A program made the translations under genes and the position numbers. The notes under the pieces were generated by a model that was not told the DNA's origin, did not search any database, and saw only the letters and a program-made list of their open reading frames with translations. Of a stretch of DNA of 64,000 nt, positions 47,036 to 55,147 are shown one piece after another. How positions within the stretch are numbered: the stretch's first letter is position 1; every line of letters starts with the position of its first letter. Location of the stretch: positions 3,963-67,962 of the forward strand of contig JBHIAT010000001.1 in the NCBI GenBank assembly GCA_046758705.1, given 5' to 3'. This stretch comes from Candidatus Bipolaricaulia bacterium. Its GTDB lineage: Bacteria; Bipolaricaulota; Bipolaricaulia; JBHIAT01.

Positions 47036-47519
47036 AGGTGTGAGCTTCCGGGCCGAGAATCTGGTGAGCCTGGGAGAGGTGGAGGCGATGGCCCGAGAGG
47101 CTCAGGATCTGGTCGAAGCGGGGTTCAAAGTCCTGAAGCTTAAGTTGGGCACGGATCCCAGAGTGGACGTCGACCGGGTCCGGGCGGTGCGTCACGCGGT
47201 CGGGGAGCGGATCCGATTGCGGCTCGACGCCAATCAGGGATGGACGCGTCAACAAGCGATTGCGGTTTTGAATCGGGCCGCCGATTATGACGTGGAGCTC
47301 GTTGAACAACCGGTCGCCGCCGTCCAGTTCGCCGCCGCGACCCGCAACGTCCGGTTCCGAGATCTCGATATGGGAACAGAGTTAGAGGAATCGTTGATCA
47401 GACGAGGCGGATCGGAGCTGGCCGACGGTCACCGGATCGTCCCTCAACCCCCCGGCCTGGGGATCGAGGCGGTCAACGAAGCGCTGCTCGGGGAACCGGC
47501 GGTGGTCTACCGAAGTTGA
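47036..47519 (+). pseudogene. C-terminal remnant of the same dipeptide-epimerase-like gene (internally deleted)
   Basis: EGVSFRAENLVSLGEVEAMAREAQDLVEAGFKVLKLKLGTDPRVDVDRVRAVRHAVGERIRLRLDANQGWT...PGLGIEAVNEALL; middle barrel segment missing. Confidence 0.55.
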
Positions 47520-47575
47520 CACACTCCCCCGTCCTCGACTTATAATGGGTTTATCTCGAAAGGAGGTAAGTAAAG

Positions 47576-49150
47576 ATGAAAAGCCGTTTCTCTAAATTGA
47601 TGTTGATTGGGTTGGGGTTGGTTTTTGCATTCCTGCTAATGCAGGGAACGCTGTTGGAGTCAGCCGCACAGGTTCCTAAGGACATTTTTATATTTGGCAC
47701 AACAAGCGAGACAAGGACGGTAGATCCCCAAGATAGCGTCGACAATATTTCTTGGAGGTCTATCTACTACAATTATGATAGGCTAGTGAGATATAAAGGC
47801 TCCACCACGGAAGTAGAGCCAATGCTAGCGGTGGGTTGGGACATCTCACCTGATGGAAAGACATATACTTTCCATCTGCGGGAGGGCGTAAAGTTTATCG
47901 ATGGGACTCCCTTTAACGCGGAAGCTGTGAAGTTCAGCTTTACTCGCCTTCTTGAGCTTGGCTTGGCGGCATCAGGTCTGCTTAAGGGTATAGTGGATCT
48001 AGAAGGTATCGAGGTTGTTGATGAATACACTTTCCGGTTTCACTTGAACTTTCCGTTCGCGCCCTTCCTCGGCAGCTTGGCGTCAGATCAGGCTAGCATA
48101 GTAAGCCCGGGAATCATGGAACACGAGGTCAATGACGATTACGCCCGGGCTTGGTTGGCTGAACATACAGCCGGTACAGGGCCATTTCATCTGACAGAAT
48201 GGCGCCGAGGGGATGTGATGATCCTGAAACGCAACGATGCTTATTGGGGACCGGCTCCTCATTTTAAAGAAGTGCACATCAAATTTGTTCCAGATCCTGC
48301 CGTTCTCAGGGATACGATTGAAGTAGGCGATATTGACATGGGAGAAACATTGACGGCCGATCAACTTGACGCATTAAGTACCACACCAGGGCTTAGGGTT
48401 ATCGAGGAACCCTCGTTCCTGGCGAGCTACTTATACATGAATAACCAGAGAGAGTTCCTTTCTAACCCTCTAGTTAGGGAGGCCATATCTTTCGCCATTG
48501 ATTATGAGGGGATCATCGAAGGTGTAACACTCGGGCGTGCTATTCAGATGAGAGGCCCTATCCCAAAGGGGATGGACGGGCATGATGAAACGGTGTTTCA
48601 GTATTCTAGGGATCTCGAACGGGCTCGACAACTGCTCGAGCTGGCAGGTCACCCCGATGGGTTCGAGATCGGGCTTTTAATTGATCCGGGCTTCCCTGAT
48701 TGGGTGGCTATCGCAAGCATTGTGAAGGCAAATCTAGCCGAGATCGGCATCAAGGTCAATATAGACGGCTTTGCCCGAGCGACTATGAGAGACATGCTGG
48801 ATAAGGGTGACTTTGATATGGCAACGGGTTTCTGGACCCCTGATTACCCCGATGCCGATATGTTTACATGGTTCTGGTTCCTCTCAGAAAACTGGGGGCT
48901 CGCTGGCAATAGGTCTTTCTACGACAATCGCTGGATGGATGAACTTGTGGTGGCCCAACGGGAAGAGACTGATCCTACAAAACGCCTCGAGATCTTCAAA
49001 AAGATCCAGACCATCGCTGTAGCTGACGCTGCGTACGTTTACCTCTATCAGGCAAATTATCGTTTAGCCATGAGGGATAACGTAAAAGGCTACGTTTACA
49101 ACCCGATGTTACTGAATATGCCGAATTTCGACACTATGCAAAAGGAATAA
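47576..49150 (+). CDS. ABC transporter substrate-binding protein, family 5 (peptide/nickel, DppA/OppA-like)
   Basis: 524 aa with signal peptide; SBP_bac_5 architecture. Confidence 0.8.
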   Translation: MKSRFSKLMLIGLGLVFAFLLMQGTLLESAAQVPKDIFIFGTTSETRTVDPQDSVDNISWRSIYYNYDRLVRYKGSTTEVEPMLAVGWDISPDGKTYTFHLREGVKFIDGTPFNAEAVKFSFTRLLELGLAASGLLKGIVDLEGIEVVDEYTFRFHLNFPFAPFLGSLASDQASIVSPGIMEHEVNDDYARAWLAEHTAGTGPFHLTEWRRGDVMILKRNDAYWGPAPHFKEVHIKFVPDPAVLRDTIEVGDIDMGETLTADQLDALSTTPGLRVIEEPSFLASYLYMNNQREFLSNPLVREAISFAIDYEGIIEGVTLGRAIQMRGPIPKGMDGHDETVFQYSRDLERARQLLELAGHPDGFEIGLLIDPGFPDWVAIASIVKANLAEIGIKVNIDGFARATMRDMLDKGDFDMATGFWTPDYPDADMFTWFWFLSENWGLAGNRSFYDNRWMDELVVAQREETDPTKRLEIFKKIQTIAVADAAYVYLYQANYRLAMRDNVKGYVYNPMLLNMPNFDTMQKE

Positions 49151-49220
49151 AAAGAGGAAACCGGAGAGATCAGTGAGGAGGGAGATCAACGATCAGCTGG
49201 CCTCCCTCCTCGCCATCCAT

Positions 49221-50234
49221 ATGGGTTTTCTAAACTATGTTATCAGACGTTTGGCACTTCAGGTACTGGTCCTGTTTGGTGTATTAGTCATCACATTTCT
49301 CATATCCCATCTTATTCCAGGCGATCCAGCCCAGCTGATTGCCGGCCCTCGGGCTACACAGGAGATAATAGATAAAATCAAGCATGAATCAGGTCTAGAT
49401 AAGCCACTCTATGTTCAATTTTCGGTTTACCTGAAGGGACTGTTTCATGGTAGCTTAGGGACTTCGATCCGCACACGTCGACCCGTTGTACAAGATATAA
49501 AGAGACATTTCCCCGCAACTTTTGAGCTGGTAACGGCGAGTTTCTTTATCATTTTAATTTTGAGTATTCCATTAGGAGTCCTTTCCGCAGTATACAAAGA
49601 TCGATTGTTTGACCATATCAGCAGATTATTTTCCATAGCGGGGATTTCCATGCCAGTTTTCTGGCTGGGTCTACTGCTTCTCCTCCTTTTCTATGTCAAG
49701 TTAGGATGGCTACCAGGAACGGGGCGCATAGACATCGGCATAGCTCCACCTTCCCATATTACTGGTCTACACACCATAGATGCATTGTTGGCTCACAACT
49801 GGGAAGCCCTGAGAAACAGCTTAACACATCTAATACTGCCAGCTCTCACATTGTCTTATGTTTCTTTAGCTAGGGTTGTTCGTATGCTACGTTCAAGCAT
49901 GCTAGAGGCTCTTGGACAGGACTATATCCAGACTGCAAGAGCGAAAGGTCTTGCAGAGAGATTCGTTTTGTACAAGCATGCCTTAAGGAACGCCTTCATC
50001 CCTGCGCTTACAGTTATTGGTCTATCATACGGCGAGCTGCTACAGGGGGCGGTGGTTACGGAAACCATCTTTGGCTGGCCAGGAATGGCATATTATGCAG
50101 TGGGGTCGATGATTTCTCTCGATTTTCCAGCCGTTATGGGTGTAACACTTATTAGTGCCATAATCTATACGACTATCAACCTAATGGTGGATCTATTCTA
50201 TGGCTTTATAGATCCAAGGATCAGATTTGATTAA
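49221..50234 (+). CDS. ABC transporter permease (DppB/OppB-like)
   Basis: MGFLNYVIRRLALQVLVLFGV start typical of DppB; EAA-like loop region; earlier ATG at 49173 possible. Confidence 0.75.
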   Translation: MGFLNYVIRRLALQVLVLFGVLVITFLISHLIPGDPAQLIAGPRATQEIIDKIKHESGLDKPLYVQFSVYLKGLFHGSLGTSIRTRRPVVQDIKRHFPATFELVTASFFIILILSIPLGVLSAVYKDRLFDHISRLFSIAGISMPVFWLGLLLLLLFYVKLGWLPGTGRIDIGIAPPSHITGLHTIDALLAHNWEALRNSLTHLILPALTLSYVSLARVVRMLRSSMLEALGQDYIQTARAKGLAERFVLYKHALRNAFIPALTVIGLSYGELLQGAVVTETIFGWPGMAYYAVGSMISLDFPAVMGVTLISAIIYTTINLMVDLFYGFIDPRIRFD

Positions 50235-51135
50235 AAATTGCAGCCTATCGCTTCGATCTCCGTTCAATATTGCCATAAAGCTTGGTAATCAGCTTCGAAT
50301 TATATTACATTGGCTCACTCAACGCCCCTTAACTCTTGGGGGTGTTGTGATTATATCGGTACTTGTCATTGTGGCTATTGCTGCACCAATCATCGCTCCC
50401 TATGATCCATTAAAAATCAATATTCCGGAAAGGTTGCAGCCAATAAGTCGAGCCCATTTATTTGGGACAGATAACCTTGGAAGAGATATCTTTAGCAGGA
50501 TCATTTACGGCACGCGAATCTCCCTGATGTTGGGAACAATGATTGCAGGAATAGGAGCCTTTACAGGTATCATTCTAGGTTTAATAGCAGGATTTTTCGG
50601 CGGCAAGGTTGATGAGATCACTATGCGAACCTGCGACATGTTTTTGGCTTTCCCAGCGCTTATATTAGCAATGGCTCTTGCCGCCTCACTCGGGCCGAGC
50701 CTTCGAAATGTGTTGCTGGCGTTGGCAGCGATCTGGTGGCCATGGTACGCACGTATTACACGAGGGCAAGTGTTAACCATCCGGGAGTATGAATATGTCA
50801 CGGCTGTGAAATCCCTGGGAGCCAGCAATGTTCGCATCATATTTCTGCATGTTCTTCCAAATGTCATATCTCCCATTATAATCCAGATGACGATGGACAT
50901 AGGAAATACGATTTTGATTGCTTCCTCACTTGGTTTCCTTGGCTTTGGAGCACAACCGCCAACCCCTGAATGGGGATTAATGGCCAGTGAGGGACGATCC
51001 TTTCTTCGAAATTATTGGTGGTATCCTACATTCCCAGGCTTAGCTATATTGATCACGGTTATGGGTTTCAACCTGCTGGGGGATGGGTTGAGGGACTTTC
51101 TGGATCCTCGATTAAGGAGGGCTCAAGTCAAGTAA
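50227..51135 (+). CDS. ABC transporter permease (DppC/OppC-like)
   Basis: six TM segments and conserved permease loop. Confidence 0.75.
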   Translation: MIKNCSLSLRSPFNIAIKLGNQLRIILHWLTQRPLTLGGVVIISVLVIVAIAAPIIAPYDPLKINIPERLQPISRAHLFGTDNLGRDIFSRIIYGTRISLMLGTMIAGIGAFTGIILGLIAGFFGGKVDEITMRTCDMFLAFPALILAMALAASLGPSLRNVLLALAAIWWPWYARITRGQVLTIREYEYVTAVKSLGASNVRIIFLHVLPNVISPIIIQMTMDIGNTILIASSLGFLGFGAQPPTPEWGLMASEGRSFLRNYWWYPTFPGLAILITVMGFNLLGDGLRDFLDPRLRRAQVK

Positions 51136-51192
51136 GGTAGAACGGCACCCAACAAGAACAAGCGGGTCAAGAGAGGTTGATTATAAAGAAAG

Positions 51193-52275
51193 ATGACGCG
51201 ACCCATACTTACTGGAGCTATAGGACCGCATGCTTGGTTCAATGGCAAGGAGATTCTCTACTTCGGAGGAAATAACTACCTTGGGATCGCTGGCCGTCCA
51301 GAGTTGGCGGCCGCGGCTGCCTCCGCGATTCGAAGGTATGGAGCAAGCGTTGGAGCTTCACGCGAAACGAGCGGCACTTCTGATCTTCACCTCCAGTTGG
51401 AGCAGCGCCTTGCAGCCTGGAAGGATACGGAGGACGTGTGCGTGTACGCCTCAGGCTACCTAGGCAACCTCATTCTGCTGAGAGCGCTGCTGAACCCAGA
51501 TGATACGGTTATTTGTGATAGGGGGGTACATCCAAGCGTTCTGGATGGCATTCCCCGATCGATCAAGGCCGTACACTTCTATGAACATCACGATATGGAT
51601 GACTTAAAGAGGGTTATCCAAAAGGTCAAGCAGGGGATTGTCATAGTCAATGGGGTGGAAACGGTCTCTGGGGAGATTGCGCCTTTAGATCGTATCCTGG
51701 AAATTGTCTTTGATCGGAGATTCCGAGTTGTCGTGGATGACGCGCATGCAACGGGCGTATTGGGTGAGAATGGCCGTGGTACACCGGAGCACTTTGGCAT
51801 AAACTCTCCACATGTTTATCAGACAGAGACGATGAGCAAAGCTCTCGGAAGTTTCGGAGGGTTCATTTCCTCGAATCGTCAACTCTGTGACCGCATCCGG
51901 CAGGTTTCAGCTTACATTGGCTCAACCACTTTGCCTCCTTCTGTGGTTGGAGCTTCCATAGCCAGCGTGGAGACCTTGATGAAGGAGCCCCAGTTGCGCG
52001 AGAGGTTAAAGGCAAATGCGCAATACATGGCCTCTCGGTTGAATGACCTTGGACTTACGGTGAGATGGCACGGTACACCTATCGTATCATTCGATGAGGC
52101 GTATGGAGATACGGGAGAGAAGATCCACAAAATATTATTAGAACATTCCATTCTCGTACCCCTCATCCGTTACCCTACGGCTGATAGCCCTGGACGCTTG
52201 CGGTTAACTGTATCGGCTGGACATTCTAAAGAGGATATCGATAGATTTTATGACATTGTAAAGAGATATGGGTGA
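51193..52275 (+). CDS. alpha-oxoamine synthase family PLP enzyme (8-amino-7-oxononanoate synthase/KBL/SPT-like)
   Basis: YFGGNNYLGIAGRPEL, DDAHATGVLGENGRGT, ETMSKALGSFGGFI (PLP lysine). Confidence 0.75.
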   Translation: MTRPILTGAIGPHAWFNGKEILYFGGNNYLGIAGRPELAAAAASAIRRYGASVGASRETSGTSDLHLQLEQRLAAWKDTEDVCVYASGYLGNLILLRALLNPDDTVICDRGVHPSVLDGIPRSIKAVHFYEHHDMDDLKRVIQKVKQGIVIVNGVETVSGEIAPLDRILEIVFDRRFRVVVDDAHATGVLGENGRGTPEHFGINSPHVYQTETMSKALGSFGGFISSNRQLCDRIRQVSAYIGSTTLPPSVVGASIASVETLMKEPQLRERLKANAQYMASRLNDLGLTVRWHGTPIVSFDEAYGDTGEKIHKILLEHSILVPLIRYPTADSPGRLRLTVSAGHSKEDIDRFYDIVKRYG

Positions 52276-52345
52276 GAAGGTGGGATAAGAACGACCGCTA
52301 TGCGGTCGAGTTGAGAGCGTGCTATCTGGAAGGTCGGCGGCTGGC

Positions 52346-52633
52346 TCAATAACGGACTCTGAACCTGCGAAACTCTCCACGGTAAGGCTCCCAGTCTATC
52401 TCGACATCGCGAACGCGCGCATGGGGCGAGCCGCGGTGGCACCAGCGGACTATCCCCTGGACCGCCTCGGTCTCCCCTTCGAAGACCGCCTCGACCCGGC
52501 CGTCAGCCAGGTTTCTCACCCAACCCACCACACCGAGCGACCGCGCTCGATCCCGCGTGTGGGCTCTGAAGAACACGCCTTGCACCCGGCCGGAGATCCA
52601 GACGTGCACCCGCTTGTTTGATCTCTCCTCCAT
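52346..52633 (-). CDS. acyP: acylphosphatase
   Basis: VHVWISGRVQGVFFRAHT...GWVRNLADGRVE signature. Confidence 0.8.
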   Translation of the reverse strand: MEERSNKRVHVWISGRVQGVFFRAHTRDRARSLGVVGWVRNLADGRVEAVFEGETEAVQGIVRWCHRGSPHARVRDVEIDWEPYRGEFRRFRVRY

Positions 52634-52732
52634 CTCTCCCCCACCCTCAGCCTAACGAAACCTCGGTGCCGTGTCAACGCTTGAACCCCCTCTCAGACTG
52701 CGCTATAGTGGGTACGATAGGGTGGAGATGTA

Positions 52733-53476
52733 ATGATCGTCGAGGTCGATGGTCAAAGAGTTCGGTTCGAGGTGAACGGGGTCGGAGAACCGCTGCTCCT
52801 GCTTCACGGCTGGGGCGGCCAGATCGAGAGCTTTTATCCGATCCTGACGCGGCTGTCTGAACACTTCAAGATCTACGTTCTGGACCTGCCGGGGTTTGGC
52901 GACAGCGACCTCCCGCCGGCACCCTGGGGGAGCGAGGACTATGCCCGGTTCGTCACCCGGTTCATGGCCGAACTCGGTGTGGACCGGGCGAACGTGGTCG
53001 GTCATTCGTTCGGTGGCCGGATCGCGATCCGACTGGCGGCCGATTTTCCCAAGTGGGTGGCGCAGCTGGTTCTCGTCGATAGCGCCGGGATCCGGCCGCG
53101 ACGGGGCCCGAACTATTACCTTCGCATCGCTCTCGCCAAGGTGGGACGGCGGCTGCTCGTTGGGAAGCTGAAGCAGGCCCTGTTCAATCGGCTCGGTTCC
53201 ACAGACTACCGGGAGGCCGGAGCGATGCAGGGGACGTTGGTGAAGACGGTCAATGAAGATCTGAGACCCCTGCTTGCCGGAATCGAAGCGCCGACGCTGC
53301 TCATCTGGGGTGAGCGGGACGAGATTCTGTCGATCCGCGACGCAGAGCTCATGGAACGGGAGATTTCTGATGCAACGCTGGTGATCCTTGAGGACGCCGG
53401 CCACTTCTCATACCTCGACCGCCCCCAGGCGTTCTACACCACTGTCTTAGAGTTCCTCGGGAGTGGCTCCCCATGA
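52733..53476 (+). CDS. alpha/beta hydrolase fold protein
   Basis: LLLLHGWGG and GHSFGG nucleophile elbow. Confidence 0.75.
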   Translation: MIVEVDGQRVRFEVNGVGEPLLLLHGWGGQIESFYPILTRLSEHFKIYVLDLPGFGDSDLPPAPWGSEDYARFVTRFMAELGVDRANVVGHSFGGRIAIRLAADFPKWVAQLVLVDSAGIRPRRGPNYYLRIALAKVGRRLLVGKLKQALFNRLGSTDYREAGAMQGTLVKTVNEDLRPLLAGIEAPTLLIWGERDEILSIRDAELMEREISDATLVILEDAGHFSYLDRPQAFYTTVLEFLGSGSP

Positions 53477-55143
53477 GCGCTCTTTGGATCCCAATCATCA
53501 TCATAGGCCTCATCTGGAGGATACGGTTCTTCCGAGAGATTGTCCGGTTCCTCCACATCCTTCAGCTCGAAGGTTACGACCATCACCGGCTGCAGAGTTG
53601 GATTCAAGCCGACCGGGGACGGCTCCCACCACGAGCGGAGCGCTATGCGATCGTTGGCCTTCTGCTCATCGGGGCGGCCCCTTACCTGATCAAAGTGGAG
53701 AACTTCGAGCCATTCTTTCTGACCCTCCCGGCCATAGCGTTGACGATCGAGCTGTACCTGCTCGTCCGCCCCCGACGGCCCAAACCCAAGAAGAGACTTG
53801 TTTACACCGCCCGAGCCATCCGACTGCTCGTTGTGACGTTCATCCTAGCGTTCATCTCTCTGGCAGCCGGGTTGCGAAACCTCCCGCTCAGTTCCGGCTC
53901 GATCGAGATATTCTACCTTCCGACCGCAAGGTTCATCGTACTGACACTCCTGTGGAACCAGCTGGCCCCTTTCGCTCTGGTCACAGCCAACCTCCTGCTT
54001 CGCCCCGTAGAGGAGACGATTCAGCGTGCCTACCTGCGATCGGCGCGTCGCAAGCTCCACAAACTCAGGCCGAAGGTAATCGGGATCACCGGCAGTTATG
54101 GAAAGACGAGCACCAAGTATATCCTGGAGTCGGTCCTCAGCGGGGCGTACCGGGTGCTGAAAACCCCGGAGAGTTACAACACCCCGATGGGGATCTGCAG
54201 AGCCATCCGTGAGTATCTGAGCCCGGAGCATGAGATCTTCATCGTGGAGATGGGAGCCTACGGGCGCGGGGAGGTCGCGGCGCTCTGTGACCTCGTCGGC
54301 CCGGAGATTGGGATCCTGACGGCGATCGGTTCGCAGCATCTGGAACGGTTCAAGGACCTGGAGACCATCACCGAAACGAAGTACGAGTTGATCGCATCCC
54401 TGCCCGAAGGCGGACTCGCCGTCTTCAACGCCGACGACCCCCGATGCGCCAAATCCGCCGATCGAACCGAGATCAAGGGAAGGCTCCGTGTGGTTCGCTA
54501 CGGGATCGAGCCGTCCGATGACCCGAATCATCTGACCCTGAGCGCCCGGGAGATCGAATTCGACGGGACCGGGACAACGTTCACCGTAGAGAGTCGGGAG
54601 ACCGGGGAGACGGCCCGGTTCCACACCCCGCTGCTTGGTCAAGCGAATGTTTCCAATATCCTGGCTGCAACGGCGGTGGCGGTGGCGTACGGAGTGGGGT
54701 TGGCGGAGGTCGGCCGGACGGTCGAAACGCTCCAACCGATCCCCCATCGGCTGCAACCGATCGCCGGAGCCGGCGGAGTCACGGTCATTGACGATGCCTA
54801 CAACGCGAATCCTGTCGGTGCCCGAATAGCGCTGGAGCTGCTTAGCCAATTTCCGGCTGGCCGGAAGGTGCTGGTGACCCCCGGCCTGATCGAACTCGGC
54901 CCGCTCGAAGCGGAGGAGAACCGGAGGCTGGGGGCCGAAGCCGCCCGGGTCTGCGACTATGTGATCCTGGTGGGGCCGGAGCGGACGTTCCCGATCTGGG
55001 AGGGACTTCAGGCCGCCGATTTCCCGACGGAGCGCACCATCGTCGTGCACGATCTGGATGAAGCGACTGAACAACTGAAGGAGATTTTAACGCCGGGCGA
55101 CGTGGTGTTGTTTGAAAACGACCTTCCCGACAACTATTTATAA
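53473..55143 (+). CDS. Mur ligase family protein (MurF-like) with ~190-aa N-terminal transmembrane domain
   Basis: IGITGSYGKTSTKYIL P-loop, Mur ligase middle/C domains; N-terminal hydrophobic helices; ATGA coupling with hydrolase. Confidence 0.65.
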   Translation: MSALWIPIIIIGLIWRIRFFREIVRFLHILQLEGYDHHRLQSWIQADRGRLPPRAERYAIVGLLLIGAAPYLIKVENFEPFFLTLPAIALTIELYLLVRPRRPKPKKRLVYTARAIRLLVVTFILAFISLAAGLRNLPLSSGSIEIFYLPTARFIVLTLLWNQLAPFALVTANLLLRPVEETIQRAYLRSARRKLHKLRPKVIGITGSYGKTSTKYILESVLSGAYRVLKTPESYNTPMGICRAIREYLSPEHEIFIVEMGAYGRGEVAALCDLVGPEIGILTAIGSQHLERFKDLETITETKYELIASLPEGGLAVFNADDPRCAKSADRTEIKGRLRVVRYGIEPSDDPNHLTLSAREIEFDGTGTTFTVESRETGETARFHTPLLGQANVSNILAATAVAVAYGVGLAEVGRTVETLQPIPHRLQPIAGAGGVTVIDDAYNANPVGARIALELLSQFPAGRKVLVTPGLIELGPLEAEENRRLGAEAARVCDYVILVGPERTFPIWEGLQAADFPTERTIVVHDLDEATEQLKEILTPGDVVLFENDLPDNYL

Positions 55144-55147
55144 GTGC

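Larger units (their letters stand above)
45363..47040 (+). mobile_element. IS200/IS605-type IscB element (no tnpA) inserted in an epimerase-like gene; approximate ends
   Basis: Host gene homology stops at 45362 and resumes at ~47036; element carries omega-RNA region + iscB only. Confidence 0.5.

Noticed and set aside
53845-55074. 409-aa minus-strand ORF
   Set aside because: Antisense to the Mur ligase gene, Arg-rich low-complexity translation
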